Shown here: positions 25,610-39,829 of the stretch, piece by piece
How the letters are laid out: each line of letters starts with the position of its first letter
Numbering within the stretch: position 1 is the first letter of the stretch
Assembly: GCF_009914755.1 (NCBI RefSeq)
Contig: NC_060948.1
Reading direction: 5' to 3' (one strand)
Length of the DNA: 64,000 nt
DNA from: the human T2T-CHM13v2.0 reference genome, Homo sapiens
Translations under genes and position numbers: made by a program
The notes under the pieces: generated by a model
Databases searched by the model: none
What the model was told of the DNA's origin: nothing
The model's input: the letters and a program-made list of their open reading frames with translations, nothing else

Positions 25610-28600
25610 ATTCATTGGAATGGAAGGGAATGTAGTGTAATGGACAGGCCTGGAATAAAGTGGAATGCTACGGTCTCGAATGGAATAAAAATGTATGGAA
25701 TGGAATGCAATGAAACGGAATCGAATGTCATAGAATGTAATGGAATGCAAAAAAATGGAATCCAAAATCATTGACTGGAAAGGCTGGGTGTCGAAAGGAA
25801 TTGACTCCAATGGAATGGAATCGAATGGAATGGAAGTGAATAGAATCGAACTAAATCGAATGGAATGGAATTGATAGGAACGGAATGGAAAGGAATGCAA
25901 TGATTTGGCATGGAATGGAATCGAATGGCATCGAATGGAATGGAATGGAATGCAATGGAATGGAATGTATTAGAAAGTAATGAACTTTAATGGAATGTAC
26001 TCGAATGGATTCGACTGGAATGGAATGTTCTGGAAGTGAATGGACTCCAATGGAATGGATTCAAAAGGAATGGAATCGTACGGAATGGAATCTAATGGAA
26101 TGGAATTAAATGGAAATGAATCAAATGGAATAGCACGGAATTGAATTGAATGGAATCGAATGCAATGGAATCTAATGAAACGGAAAGGAAAGGAATGGAA
26201 TGGAATGGAATGGGCTGGAATGGAAAGGAATCGAAACGAATGGAATGGAATCGAACTGAAGAGACTGGAATGGAATGCACTGGAATGGAAGGGAGTGTAA
26301 TGGAAGGTTCTCGAAAAAAATGGAATCGAATGGAATGGAATTGAATGGAACGGAATAGAGTCGAATGGAATTGAATGGAATGGAATGGACTAGAGTGAAA
26401 TGGAATCGAACCACAAGGAATGGACAGGAATAGAATGGTCTCGAATTGAATGGAATCGTATGGAATGGCATCAAACGGAATGGAATGGACAGCCACGGAA
26501 TGGAATGCACTCGAATGCAATGGAGTCGAAACTAATGGACTGGAATAGAATGGACTCGACTGGTACGGACTCCAATGGAATGGAATTGAATGGAAGGGAA
26601 TCGAACGGAATGGACTCGAGGGGAAAAGACTGCAATGGAAAGGTCTCGAATGGAATGGAAATTAATGGAATGGAATGGAATCGAATGAAATGGAGTCAAA
26701 AGGAATGGAATCGAATGGCAAGAAATCGAATGTAATGGAATCGCAAGGAATTGATGTGAATGGAGCGGAATGGAGTGGAATCCAAAGGAATGGAATCGAA
26801 TGGAAAGGACTCGAATGGAAATCACTCGAATAGAATGCAATTTAATAAAATAGGATCAAATGTAATGGAATGGAATGGAAAGGAATCGAAACGAAAGGAA
26901 TGGAGACAGATGGAATGGAATGGAACAGAGAGCAATGGTATAGAATGGAATGGAATCATCTGGAATGGAATTGAATGGAATGGAATAATATGAAATGGAA
27001 TGGAATGGAATGGAATTGAATGCCCTTGAATTAAATGGACTGGAATGGAATGGACTCGAACAGAGTGGAATGGAAAGTGTTGAGATAGAATGGAATGGAC
27101 TCCTTTGGAATGGTGTAGTATGCAATGCAATCGACTGGCAGGGAATCAAAAGGAATGTAATGGAATGGATTGGACTGGAATGCAATGGACTCGAATAGAT
27201 TGGAAACGGAATGCAAAGGAATGGAATGGAATAGGATGGAATGGAATGGAAAAGAATGGAGTGGAATAGACTAGAGTGGAATGGAATGGACTGGAAAGCA
27301 ATGGACTGGAATGGAACTTTCTTGAATGGACTGGAATCAAACGGAATAGAATGCAATGCAATCAAATGGCATGGAATAAAATAGAATGAAAGAGAATCAA
27401 ATGGAATTGAATCGAATGGAATCGAATGGATTGGAAAGGAATAGAATGGAATGGAATGGAATTGTCTCAAATGGAATGGATTCGAATGGAATGGATTCGA
27501 ATGGAAGGCAAAGGAATGGAATCTATTGGAATGGACTGTAATGGAATGGAATGGAATGGAATGGAAAGGATTGGAATGGACTCGAATGGAATGGACTGCA
27601 ATAGAAAGGATTCGAATGGAATTAAAAAGAATTGAATGGAATAGAACAGAATGGAATCAAATCGAATGAAATGGAATGGAATAGAAAGGAATGGAATGAA
27701 ATGGAATGGAAAGGATTCGAATGGAATGCAATCGAATGGAATGGAATCGAACAGAATGGAATAAAATGGAAGAAAACTGGCAAGAAATGGAATCGAAATG
27801 AATGGAGTGTTATGGAACGGACTCAAAAGGAATTGAATGTAATAGAATGGAGTGGAGTGGACTCGAATATAATGGACTGGAATGGAATGAAATCACATGG
27901 AATGGGAACGAATGGAATGGAATGGAAAGGAATGGAATCGAATGGAAAGGAATCGAATGGAAGGGAATGAAATTGAATCAACAGGAATGGAAGGGAATAG
28001 AATAGACGGTAATGGAATGGACTCGAATAGAATGGACACGAATGCTCAAATTGAATGGACTCGAATGGAATGGAAACGAAAGGAATGTCATCGAATGGAA
28101 TTGAATGGATTGGAATGAAATCGCATAGAATGGAGTGGAATCAAATGGAATTGAATCGAAAGGAAAGGAAGCGAATGGACTGAAATGAAATGGAATGGAA
28201 TTGAATGGAAAGTAATGCAATGGAATAGAATGGAAGGAAATTTCACGGAATGGAATCAAACTGAATGGAATCAAATCAATGGAATCTAATCAAATGGAAT
28301 GGAAAGGAATTGAATGGAGTAGATTGGATTGGATGGGATTGGAATGAAATGTACTGGAAAGGACTCGAATTTCATGAAACGGAATGGAATGAATTGGAAC
28401 GGAATGGACTCGAATGGAATGGAATGTCATGGAATGGCATCAAATGGAATGGCATCAAATGGAATGGAATCGAATGCAATGGAATGCTATGGAATGGAAT
28501 GGAATGCATTGGAATGGAATGTCCTCTAATGGAATGGATTCGAGTGGAATGGAATCGAATATAATGGAGTCGAATGAAATGGAATTGAAAGGAATGGGAT

Positions 28601-31600
28601 CGAATACAATGGAATATACTGGAATGTAATGTAATGAACTCGAATGTAATTGACTGGAATGGAATGTACATGAATGGAATGTAATCGAATGGAAAGTAAT
28701 CCAATGGAATAGAATCTAATGCAATAAAATCGACTCAGATAGAGTAGAATGTAATGGAATGGAGTGCAGTGCAATGGAATGGAATGGAATGGAATGCAAT
28801 GGAATGGAATGGAATGGAATGGAATGGGATGGAATGGTATGGAATGGATAGTAATGGACTGGAGTGAAATGGACTGGAAAGGAATGGACTCAAATTGAAA
28901 GGGCTCGAAAGGAATGGAGTCAAATGGAATGGTCTGGAATGGAATGAACACGAATGTAATGCAATCCAATAGAATGGAATCGAATGGCATGGAATATAAA
29001 TAAATGGAATCGAAGAGAATGGAAACAAATGGAATGGAATTGAATGGAATGGAATTGAATGGAATGGGAACGAATGGAGTGAAATTGTATGCAGTAGAAG
29101 AGAATAGAATGGAATGCAAGCGAAAGGAAAGGAATGGATTGGAATGGAATGGAATTCATTGGAATGGAAGGGAATGTAGTGTAATGGACAGGCCTGGAAT
29201 AAAGTGGAATGCTACGGTCTCGAATGGAATAAAAATGTATGGAATGGAATGCAATGAAACGGAATCGAATGTCATAGAATGTAATGGAATGCAAAAAAAT
29301 GGAATCCAAAATCATTGACTGGAAAGGCTGGGTGTCGAAAGGAATTGACTCCAATGGAATGGAATCGAATGGAATGGAAGTGAATAGAATCGAACTAAAT
29401 CGAATGGAATGGAATTGATAGGAACGGAATGGAAAGGAATGCAATGATTTGGCATGGAATGGAATCGAATGGCATCGAATGGAATGGAATGGAATGCAAT
29501 GGAATGGAATGTATTAGAAAGTAATGAACTTTAATGGAATGTACTCGAATGGATTCGACTGGAATGGAATGTTCTGGAAGTGAATGGACTCCAATGGAAT
29601 GGATTCAAAAGGAATGGAATCGTACGGAATGGAATCTAATGGAATGGAATTAAATGGAAATGAATCAAATGGAATAGCACGGAATTGAATTGAATGGAAT
29701 GGAATGCAATGGAATCTAATGAAACGGAAAGGAAAGGAATGGAATGGAATGGAATGGGCTGGAATGGAAAGGAATCGAAACGAATGGAATGGAATCGAAC
29801 TGAAGAGACTGGAATGGAATGCACTGGAATGGAAGGGAGTGTAATGGAAGGTTCTCGAAAAAAATGGAATCGAATGGAATGGAATTGAATGGAACGGAAT
29901 AGAGTCGAATGGAATTGAATGGAATGGAATGGACTAGAGTGAAATGGAATCGAACCACAAGGAATGGACAGGAATAGAATGGTCTCGAATTGAATGGAAT
30001 CGTATGGAATGGCATCAAACGGAATGGAATGGACAGCCACGGAATGGAATGCACTCGAATGCAATGGAGTCGAAACTAATGGACTGGAATAGAATGGACT
30101 CGACTGGTACGGACTCCAATGGAATGGAATTGAATGGAAGGGAATCGAACGGAATGGACTCGAGGGGAAAAGACTGCAATGGAAAGGTCTCGAATGGAAT
30201 GGAAATTAATGGAATGGAATGGAATCGAATGAAATGGAGTCAAAAGGAATGGAATCGAATGGCAAGAAATCGAATGTAATGGAATCGCAAGGAATTGATG
30301 TGAATGGAGCGGAATGGAGTGGAATCCAAAGGAATGGAATCGAATGGAAAGGACTCGAATGGAAATCACTCGAATAGAATGCAATTTAATAAAATAGGAT
30401 CAAATGTAATGGAATGGAATGGAAAGGAATCGAAACGAAAGGAATGGAGACAGATGGAATGGAATGGAACAGAGAGCAATGGTATAGAATGGAATGGAAT
30501 CATCTGGAATGGAATTGAATGGAATGGAATAATATGAAATGGAATGGAATGGAATGGAATGGAATGCCCTTGAATTAAATGGACTGGAATGGAATGGACT
30601 CGAACAGAGTGGAATGGAAAGTGTTGAGATAGAATGGAATGGACTCCTTTGGAATGGTGTAGTATGCAATGCAATCGACTGGCAGGGAATCAAAAGGAAT
30701 GTAATGGAATGGATTGGACTGGAATGCAATGGACTCGAATAGATTGGAAACGGAATGCAAAGGAATGGAATGGAATAGGATGGAATGGAATGGAAAAGAA
30801 TGGAGTGGAATAGACTAGAGTGGAATGGAATGGACTGGAAAGCAATGGACTGGAATGGAACTTTCTTGAATGGACTGGAATCAAACGGAATAGAATGCAA
30901 TGCAATCAAATGGCATGGAATAAAATAGAATGAAAGAGAATCAAATGGAATTGAATCGAATGGAATCGAATGGATTGGAAAGGAATAGAATGGAATGGAA
31001 TGGAATTGTCTCAAATGGAATGGATTCGAATGGAATGGATTCGAATGGAAGGCAAAGGAATGGAATCTATTGGAATGGACTGTAATGGAATGGAATGGAA
31101 TGGAATGGAAAGGATTGGAATGGACTCGAATGGAATGGACTGCAATAGAAAGGATTCGAATGGAATTAAAAAGAATTGAATGGAATAGAACAGAATGGAA
31201 TCAAATCGAATGAAATGGAATGGAATAGAAAGGAATGGAATGAAATGGAATGGAAAGGATTCGAATGGAATGCAATCGAATGGAATGGAATCGAACAGAA
31301 TGGAATAAAATGGAAGAAAACTGGCAAGAAATGGAATCGAAATGAATGGAGTGTTATGGAACGGACTCAAAAGGAATTGAATGTAATAGAATGGAGTGGA
31401 GTGGACTCGAATATAATGGACTGGAATGGAATGAAATCACATGGAATGGGAACGAATGGAATGGAATGGAAAGGAATGGAATCGAATGGAAAGGAATCGA
31501 ATGGAAGGGAATGAAATTGAATCAACAGGAATGGAAGGGAATAGAATAGACGGTAATGGAATGGACTCGAATAGAATGGACACGAATGCTCAAATTGAAT

Positions 31601-32149
31601 GGACTCGAATGGAATGGAAACGAAAGGAATGTCATCGAATGGAATTGAATGGATTGGAATGAAATCGCATAGAATGGAGTGGAATCAAATGGAATTGAAT
31701 CGAAAGGAAAGGAAGCGAATGGACTGAAATGAAATGGAATGGAATTGAATGGAAAGTAATGCAATGGAATAGAATGGAAGGAAATTTCACGGAATGGAAT
31801 CAAACTGAATGGAATCAAATCAATGGAATCTAATCAAATGGAATGGAAAGGAATTGAATGGAGTAGATTGGATTGGATGGGATTGGAATGAAATGTACTG
31901 GAAAGGACTCGAATTTCATGAAACGGAATGGAATGAATTGGAACGGAATGGACTCGAATGGAATGGAATGTCATGGAATGGCATCAAATGGAATGGCATC
32001 AAATGGAATGGAATCGAATGCAATGGAATGCTATGGAATGGAATGGAATGCATTGGAATGGAATGTCCTCTAATGGAATGGATTCGAGTGGAATGGAATC
32101 GAATATAATGGAGTCGAATGAAATGGAATTGAAAGGAATGGGATCGAAT
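24210..32149 (+). repeat. Near-identical 3544-bp tandem repeat (~2.2 copies)
   Basis: Private variants recur at +3544: GGAGCGG...GGAGTGG with 15-bp deletion (~26761/30305), CGAGGGG, TTGTCTC, TAGAAAG; GGAAGGAAATTTC occurs three times. Confidence 0.9.
25610..29153 (+). repeat. DYZ1 unit U9, 3544 bp
   Basis: Landmarks 25610/29154. Confidence 0.95.
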
Positions 32150-32697
32150 AGAATGGAATATACTGGAATGTAATGTAATGAACTCGAATGTAATTGACTG
32201 GAATGGAATGTACATGAATGGAATGTAATCGAATGGAAAGTAATCCAATGGAATAGAATCTAATGCAATAAAATCGACTCAGATAGAGTAGAATGTAATG
32301 GAATGGAGTGCAGTGCAATGGAATGGAATGGAATGGAATGCAATGGAATGGAATGGAATGGAATGGAATGGGATGGAATGGTATGGAATGGATAGTAATG
32401 GACTGGAGTGAAATGGACTGGAAAGGTATGGACTCAAATTGAAAGGGCTCGAAAGGAATGGAGTCAAATGGAATGGTCTGGAATGGAATGAACACGAATG
32501 TAATGCAATCCAATAGAATGGAATCGAATGGCATGGAATATAAAGAAATGGAATCGAAGAGAATGGAAACAAATGGAATGGAAGTGAATGGAATGGAATT
32601 GAATGAAATGGGAACGAATGGAGTGAAATTGTATGCAGTAGAAGAGAATAGAATGGAATGCAAGCGAAAGGAAAGGAATGGATTGGAATGGAATGGA
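29154..32697 (+). repeat. DYZ1 unit U10, 3544 bp (near copy of U9)
   Basis: Landmarks 29154/32698; shares private variants with U9 at offset 3544. Confidence 0.95.
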
Positions 32698-35600
32698 ATT
32701 CATTGGAATGGAAGGGAATGTAGTGTAATGGACAGGCCTGGAATAAAGTGGAATGCTACGGTCTCGAATGGAATAAAAATGTATGGAATGGAATGCAATG
32801 AAACGGAATCGAATGTCATAGAATGTAATGGAATGCAAAAAAATGGAATCCAAAATCATTGACTGGAAAGGCTGGGTGTCGAAAGGAATTGACTCCAATG
32901 GAATGGAATCGAATGGAATGGAAGTGAATAGAATCGAACTAAATCGAATGGAATGGAATTGATAGGAACGGAATGGAAAAGAATGCAATGATTTGGCATG
33001 GAATGGAATCGAATGGCATCGAATGGAATGGAATGGAATGCAATGGAATGGAATGTATTAGAATGTAATGAACTTTAATGGAATGTACTCGAATGGATTC
33101 GACTGGAATGGAATGTTCTGGAAGTGAATGGACTCCAATGGAATGGATTCAAAAGGAATGGAATCGTACGGAATGGAAACTAATGGAATGGAATTAAATG
33201 GAAATGAATCAAATTGAATAGCACGGAATTGAATTGAATGGAATCGAATGCAATGGAATCTAATGAAACGGAAAGGAAAGGAATGGAATGGAATGGAATG
33301 GGCTGGAATGGAACGGAATCGAAACGAATGGAATGGAATCGAACTGAAGAGACTGGAATGGAATGCACTGGAATGGAAGGGAGTGTAATGGAAGGTTCTC
33401 GAAAAAAATGGAATTGAATGGAATGGAATTGAATGGAACGGAATAGAGTCGAATGGAATTGAATGGAATGGAATGGACTAGAGTGAAATGGAATCGAACC
33501 ACAAGGAATGGACAGGAATAGAATGGTCTCGAATTGAATGGAATCGTATGGAATGGCATCAAACGGAATGGAATGGACAGCCACGGAATGGAATGCACTC
33601 GAATGCAATGGAGTCGAAACTAAAGGACTGGAATAGAATGGACTCGACTGGTACGGACTCCAATGGAATGGAATCGAATGGAAGGGAATCGATCGGAATG
33701 GACTCGAAGGGAAAAGACTGCAATGGAAAGGTCTCGAATGGAATGGAAATTAATGGAATGGAATGGAATCGAATGAAATGGAGTCAAAAGGAATGGAATC
33801 GAATGGCAAGAAATCGAATGTAATGGAATCGCAAGGAATTGATGTGAACGGAACGGAAAGGAATGGAATCCAAAGGAATGGAATAGAATGGAATGGAATC
33901 GAATGGAAAGGACTCGAATGGAAATCACTCGAATAGAATGCAATTTAATAAAATAGGATCAAATGTAATGGAATGGAATGGAAAGGAATCGAATCGAAAG
34001 GAATGGAGACAGATGGAATGGAATGGAACAGAGAGCAATGGTATAGAATGGAATGGAATCATCTGGAATGGAATTGAATGGAATGGAATAATATGAAATG
34101 GAATGGAATGGAATGGAATGGAATGCCCTTGAATTAAATGGACTGGAATGGAATGGACTCGAACAGAGTGGAATGGAAAGTGTTGAAATAGAATGGAATG
34201 GACTCCTTTGGAATGGTCTAGTATGCAATGCAATCGACTGGCAGGGAATCAAAAGGAATGTAATGGAATGGGTTGGACTGGAATGCAATGGACTCGAATA
34301 GATTGGAAACGGAATACAAAGGAATGGAATGGAATAGTATGGAATGGAATGGAAAGGAATGGAGTGGAATAGACTAGAGTGGAATGGAATGGACTGGAAA
34401 GCAATGGACTGGAATGGAACTTTCTTGAATGGACTGGAATCAAACGGAATGGAATGCAATGCAATCAAATGGCATGGAATAAAATAGAATGAAAGAGAAT
34501 CAAATGGAATTGAATCGAATGGAATCGAATGGATTGGAAAGGAATGGAATGGAATTGACTCAAATGGAATGGACTAGAATGGAATGGATTCGAATGGAAG
34601 GCAAAGGAATGGAATCTATTGGAATGGACTGTAATGGAATGGAATGGAAGGGATTGGAATGGACTCGAATGGAATGGACTGCAATAGAAAGGATTCGAAT
34701 GGAATGAAAAAGAATTGAATGGAATAGAACAGAATGGAATCAAATCGAATGAAATGGAATGGAATAGAAAGGAATGGAATGAAATGGAATGGAAAGGATT
34801 CGAATGGAATGCAATCGAATGGAATGGAATCGAACGGAATGGAATAAAATGGAAGAAAACTGGCAAGAAATGGAATCGAAATGAATGGAGTGTTATGGAA
34901 CGGACTCAAAAGGAATTGAATGTAATAGAATGGAGTGGAGTGGACTCGAATATAATGGACTGGAATGGAATGAAATCACATGGAATGGGAACGAATGGAA
35001 TGGAATGGAAAGGAATGGAATCGAATGGAAAGGAATCGAATGGAAGGGAATGAAATTGAATCAACAGGAATGGAAGGGAATAGAATAGACGGTAATGGAA
35101 TGGACTCGAATAGAATGGACACGAATGCTCAAATTGAATGGACTCGAATGGAATGGAAACGAAAGGAATGTCATCGAATGGAATTGAATCGATTGGAATG
35201 AAATCGCATAGAATGGAGTGGAATCAAATGGAATTGAATCGAAAGGAAAGGAAGCGAATGGACTGAAATGAAATGGAATGGAATTGAATGGAAAGTAATG
35301 CAATGGAATAGAATGGAACGAAATTTCACGGAATGGAATCAAACTGAATGGAATCAAGTCAATGGAATCAAATCAAATGGAATGGAAAGGAATTGAATGG
35401 AATAGATTGGATTGGATGGGATTGGAATGAAATGTACTGGAAAGGACTCGAATTTCATGAAACGGAATGGAATGAATTGGAACGGAATGGACTCGAATGG
35501 AATGGAATGTCATGGAATGGCATCAAATGGAATGGCATCAAATGGAATGGAATCGAATGCAATGGAATGCTATGGAATGGAATGGAATGCATTGGAATGG

Positions 35601-36256
35601 AATGTCCTCTAATGGAATGGATTCGAGTGGAATGGAATCGAATATAATGGAGTCGAATGAAATGGAATTGAAAGGAATGGGATCGAATAGAATGGAATAT
35701 ACTGGAATGTAATGTAATGAACTCGAATGTAATTGACTGGAATGGAATGTACATGAATGGAATGTAATCGAATGGAAAGTAATCCAATGGAATAGAATCT
35801 AATGCAATAAAATCGACTCAGATAGAGTAGAATGTAATGGAATGGAGTGCAGTGCAATGGAATGGAATGGAATGGAATGCAATGGAATGGAAGGCAATGG
35901 AATGGAATGGAATGGAATGGAATGGAATGGGATGGAATGGTATGGAATGGATAGTAATGGACTGGAGTGAAATGGACTGGAAAGGAATGGACTCAAATTG
36001 AAAGGGCTCGAAAGGAATGGAGTCAAATGGAATGGTCTGGAATGGAATGAACACGAATGTAATGCAATCCAATAGAATGGAATCGAATGGCATGGAATAT
36101 AAATAAATGGAATCGAAGAGAATGGAAACAAATGGAATGGAATTGAATGGAATGGAATTGAATGGAATGGGAACGAATGGAGTGAAATTGTATGCAGTAG
36201 AAGAGAATAGAATGGAATGCAAGCGAAAGGAAAGGAATGGATTGGAATGGAATGGA
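32698..36256 (+). repeat. DYZ1 unit U11, 3559 bp
   Basis: Landmarks 32698/36257. Confidence 0.95.
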
Positions 36257-39200
36257 ATTCATTGGAATGGAAGGGAATGTAGTGTAATGGACAGGCCTGG
36301 AATAAAGTGGAATGCTACGGTCTCGAATGGAATAAAAATGTATGGAATGGAATGCAATGAAACGGAATCGAATGTCATAGAATGTAATGGAATGCAAAAA
36401 ATGGAATCCAAAGTCATTGACTGGAAAGGCTGGGTGTCGAAAGGAATTGACTCCAATGGAATGGAATCGAATGGAATGGAAGTGAATAGAATCGAACTAA
36501 ATCGAATGGAATGGAATTGATAGGAACGGAATGGAAAGGAATGCAATGATTTGGCATGGAATGGAATCGAATGGCATCGAATGGAATGGAATGGAATGCA
36601 ATGGAATGGAATGTGTTAGAATGTAATGAACTTTAATGGAATGTACTCGAATGGATTCGACTGGAATGGAATGTTCTGGAAGTGAATGGACTCCAATGGA
36701 ATGGATTCAAAAGGAATGGAATCGTACGGAATGGAATCTAATGGAATGGAATTAAATGGAAATGAATCAAATGGAATAGCACGGAATTGAATTGAATGGA
36801 ATGGAATGCAATGGAATCTAATGAAACGGAAAGGAAAGGAATGGAATGGAATGGAATGGGCTGGAATGGAAAGGAATCGAAATGAATGGAATGGAATCGA
36901 ACTGAAGAGACTGGAATGGAATGCACTGGAATGGAAGGAAGTGTAATGGAAGGTTCTCGAAAAAAATGGAATCGAATGGAATGGAATTGAATGGAACGGA
37001 ATAGAGTCGAATGGAATTGAATGGAATGGAATGGACTAGAGTGAAATGGAATAGAACCACAAGGAATGGACAGGAATAGAATGGTCTCGAATTGAATGGA
37101 ATCGTATGGAATGGCATCAAACGGAATGGAATGGATAGCCACGGAATGGAATGCACTCGAATGCAATGGAGTCGAAACTAAAGGACTGGAATAGAATGGA
37201 CTCGACTGGTACGGACTCCAATGGAATGGAATCGAATGGAAGGGAATCGAATGGAATGGACTCGAAGGGAAAAGACTGCAATGGAAAGGTCTCGAATGGA
37301 ATGGAAATTAATGGAATGGAATGGAATCGAATGAAATGGAGTCAAAAGGAATGGAATCGAATGGCAAGAAATCGAATGTAATGGAATCACAAGGAATTCA
37401 TGTGAACGGAACGGAATGGAATGGAATCCAAAGGAATGGAATAGAATGGAATGGAATCGAATGGAAAGGACTCGAATGGAAATCACTCGAATAGAATGCA
37501 ATTTAATAAAATAGGATCAAATGTAATGGAATGGAATGGAAAGGAATCGAAACGAAAGGAATGGAGACAGATGGAATGGAATGGAACAGAGAGCAATGGT
37601 ATAGAATGGAATGGAATCATCTGGAATGGAATTGAATGGAATGGAATAATATGAAATGGAATGGAATGGAATGGAATGGAATGGAATGCCCTTGAATTAA
37701 ATGGACTGGAATGGAGTGGCCTCGAACAGAGTGGAATGGAAAGTGTTGAGACAGAATGCAATGGACTCCTTCGGAATGGTGTAGTATGCAATGCAATCGA
37801 CTGGCAGGGAATCAAAAGGAATGTAATGGAATGGGTTGGACTGGAATGCAATGGACTCGAATAGATTGGAAACGGAATACAAAGGAATGGAATGGAATAG
37901 TATGGAATGGAATGGAAAGGAATGGAGTGGAATAGTCTAGAGTGGAATGGAATGGACTGGAAAGCAATGGACTGGAATGGAACTTTCTTGAATGGACTGG
38001 AATCAAACGGAATGGAATGCAATGCAATCAAATGGCATGGAATAAAATAGAATGAAAGAGAATCAAATGGAATTGAATCGAATGGAATCGAATGGATTGG
38101 AAAGGAATAGAATGGAATGGAATGGAATTGACTCAAATGGAATGGACTAGAATGGAATGGATTCGAATGGAAGGCAAAGGAATGGAATCTATTGGAATGG
38201 ACTGTAATGGAATGGAATGGAAGGGATTGGAATGGACTCGAATGGAATGGACTGCAATAGAAAGGATTCGAATGGAATGAAAAAGAATTGAATGGAATAG
38301 AACAGAATGGAATCAAATCGAATTAAATGGAATGGAATAGAAAGGAATGGAATGAAATGGAATGGAAAGGATTCGAATGGAATGCAATCGAATGGAATGG
38401 AATCGAACGGAATGGAATAAAATGGAAGAAAACTGGCAAGAAATGGAATCGAAATGAATGGAGTGTTATGGAACGGACTCAAAAGGAATTGAATGTAATA
38501 GAATGGAGTGGAGTGGACTCGAATATAATGGACTGGAATGGAATGAAATCACATGGAATGGGAACGAATGGAATGGAATGGAAAGGAATGGAATCGAATG
38601 GAAAGGAATCGAATGGAAGGGAATGAAATTGAATCAACAGGAATGGAAGGGAATAGAATAGACGGTAATGGAATGGACTCGAATAGAATGGACACGAATG
38701 CTCAAATTGAATGGACTCCAATGCAATGGAAACGAAAGGAATGTCATCGAATGGAATTGAATCGATTGGAATGAAATCGCATAGAATGGAGTGGAATCAA
38801 ATGGAATTGAATCGAAAGGAAAGGAAGCGAATGGACTGAAATGAAATGGAATGGAATTGAATGGAAAGTAATGCAATGGAATAGAATGGAACGAAATTTC
38901 ACGGAATGGAATCAAACTGAATGGAATCAAGTCAATGGAATCAAATCAAATGGAATGGAAAGGAATTGAATGGAGTAGATTGGATTGGATGGGATTGGAA
39001 TGAAATGTACTGGAAAGGACTCGAATTTCATGAAACGGAATGGAATGAATTGGAACGAAATGGACTCGAATGGAATGGAATGTCATGGAATGGCATCAAA
39101 TGGAATGGCATCAAATGGAATGGAATCGAATGCAATGGAATGCTATGGAATGGAATGGAATGCATTGGAATGGAATGTCCTCTAATGGAATGGATTCGAG

Positions 39201-39829
39201 TGGAATGGAATCGAATATAATGGAGTCGAATGAAATGGAATTGAAAGGAATGGGATCGAATAGAATGGAATATACTGGAATGTAATGTAATGAACTCGAA
39301 TGTAATTGACTGGAATGGAATGTACATGAATGGAATGTAATCGAATGGAAAGTAATCCAATGGAATAGAATCTAATGCAATAAAATCGACTCAGATAGAG
39401 TAGAATGTAATGGAATGGAGTGCAGTGCAATGGAATGGAATGGAATGGAATGCAATGGAATGGAAGGCAATGGAATGGAATGGAATGGAATGGAATGGAA
39501 TGGGATGGAATGGTATGGAATGGATAGTAATGGACTGGAGTGAAATGGACTGGAAAGGAATGGACTCAAATTGAAAGGGCTCGAAAGGAATGGAGTCAAA
39601 TGGAATGGTCTGGAATGGAATGAACACGAATGTAATGCAATCCAATAGAACGGAATCGAATGGCATGGAATATAAAGAAATGGAATCGAAGAGAATGGAA
39701 ACAAATGGAATGGAATTGAATGGAATGGAATTGAATGGAATGGGAACGAATGGAGTGAAATTGTATGCAGTAGAAGGGAATAGAATGGAATGCAAGCGAA
39801 AGGAAAGGAATGGATTGGAATGGAATGGA
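36257..39829 (+). repeat. DYZ1 unit U12, 3573 bp
   Basis: Landmarks 36257/39830; extra EcoRI at 37394 and HaeIII at 37718. Confidence 0.95.
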
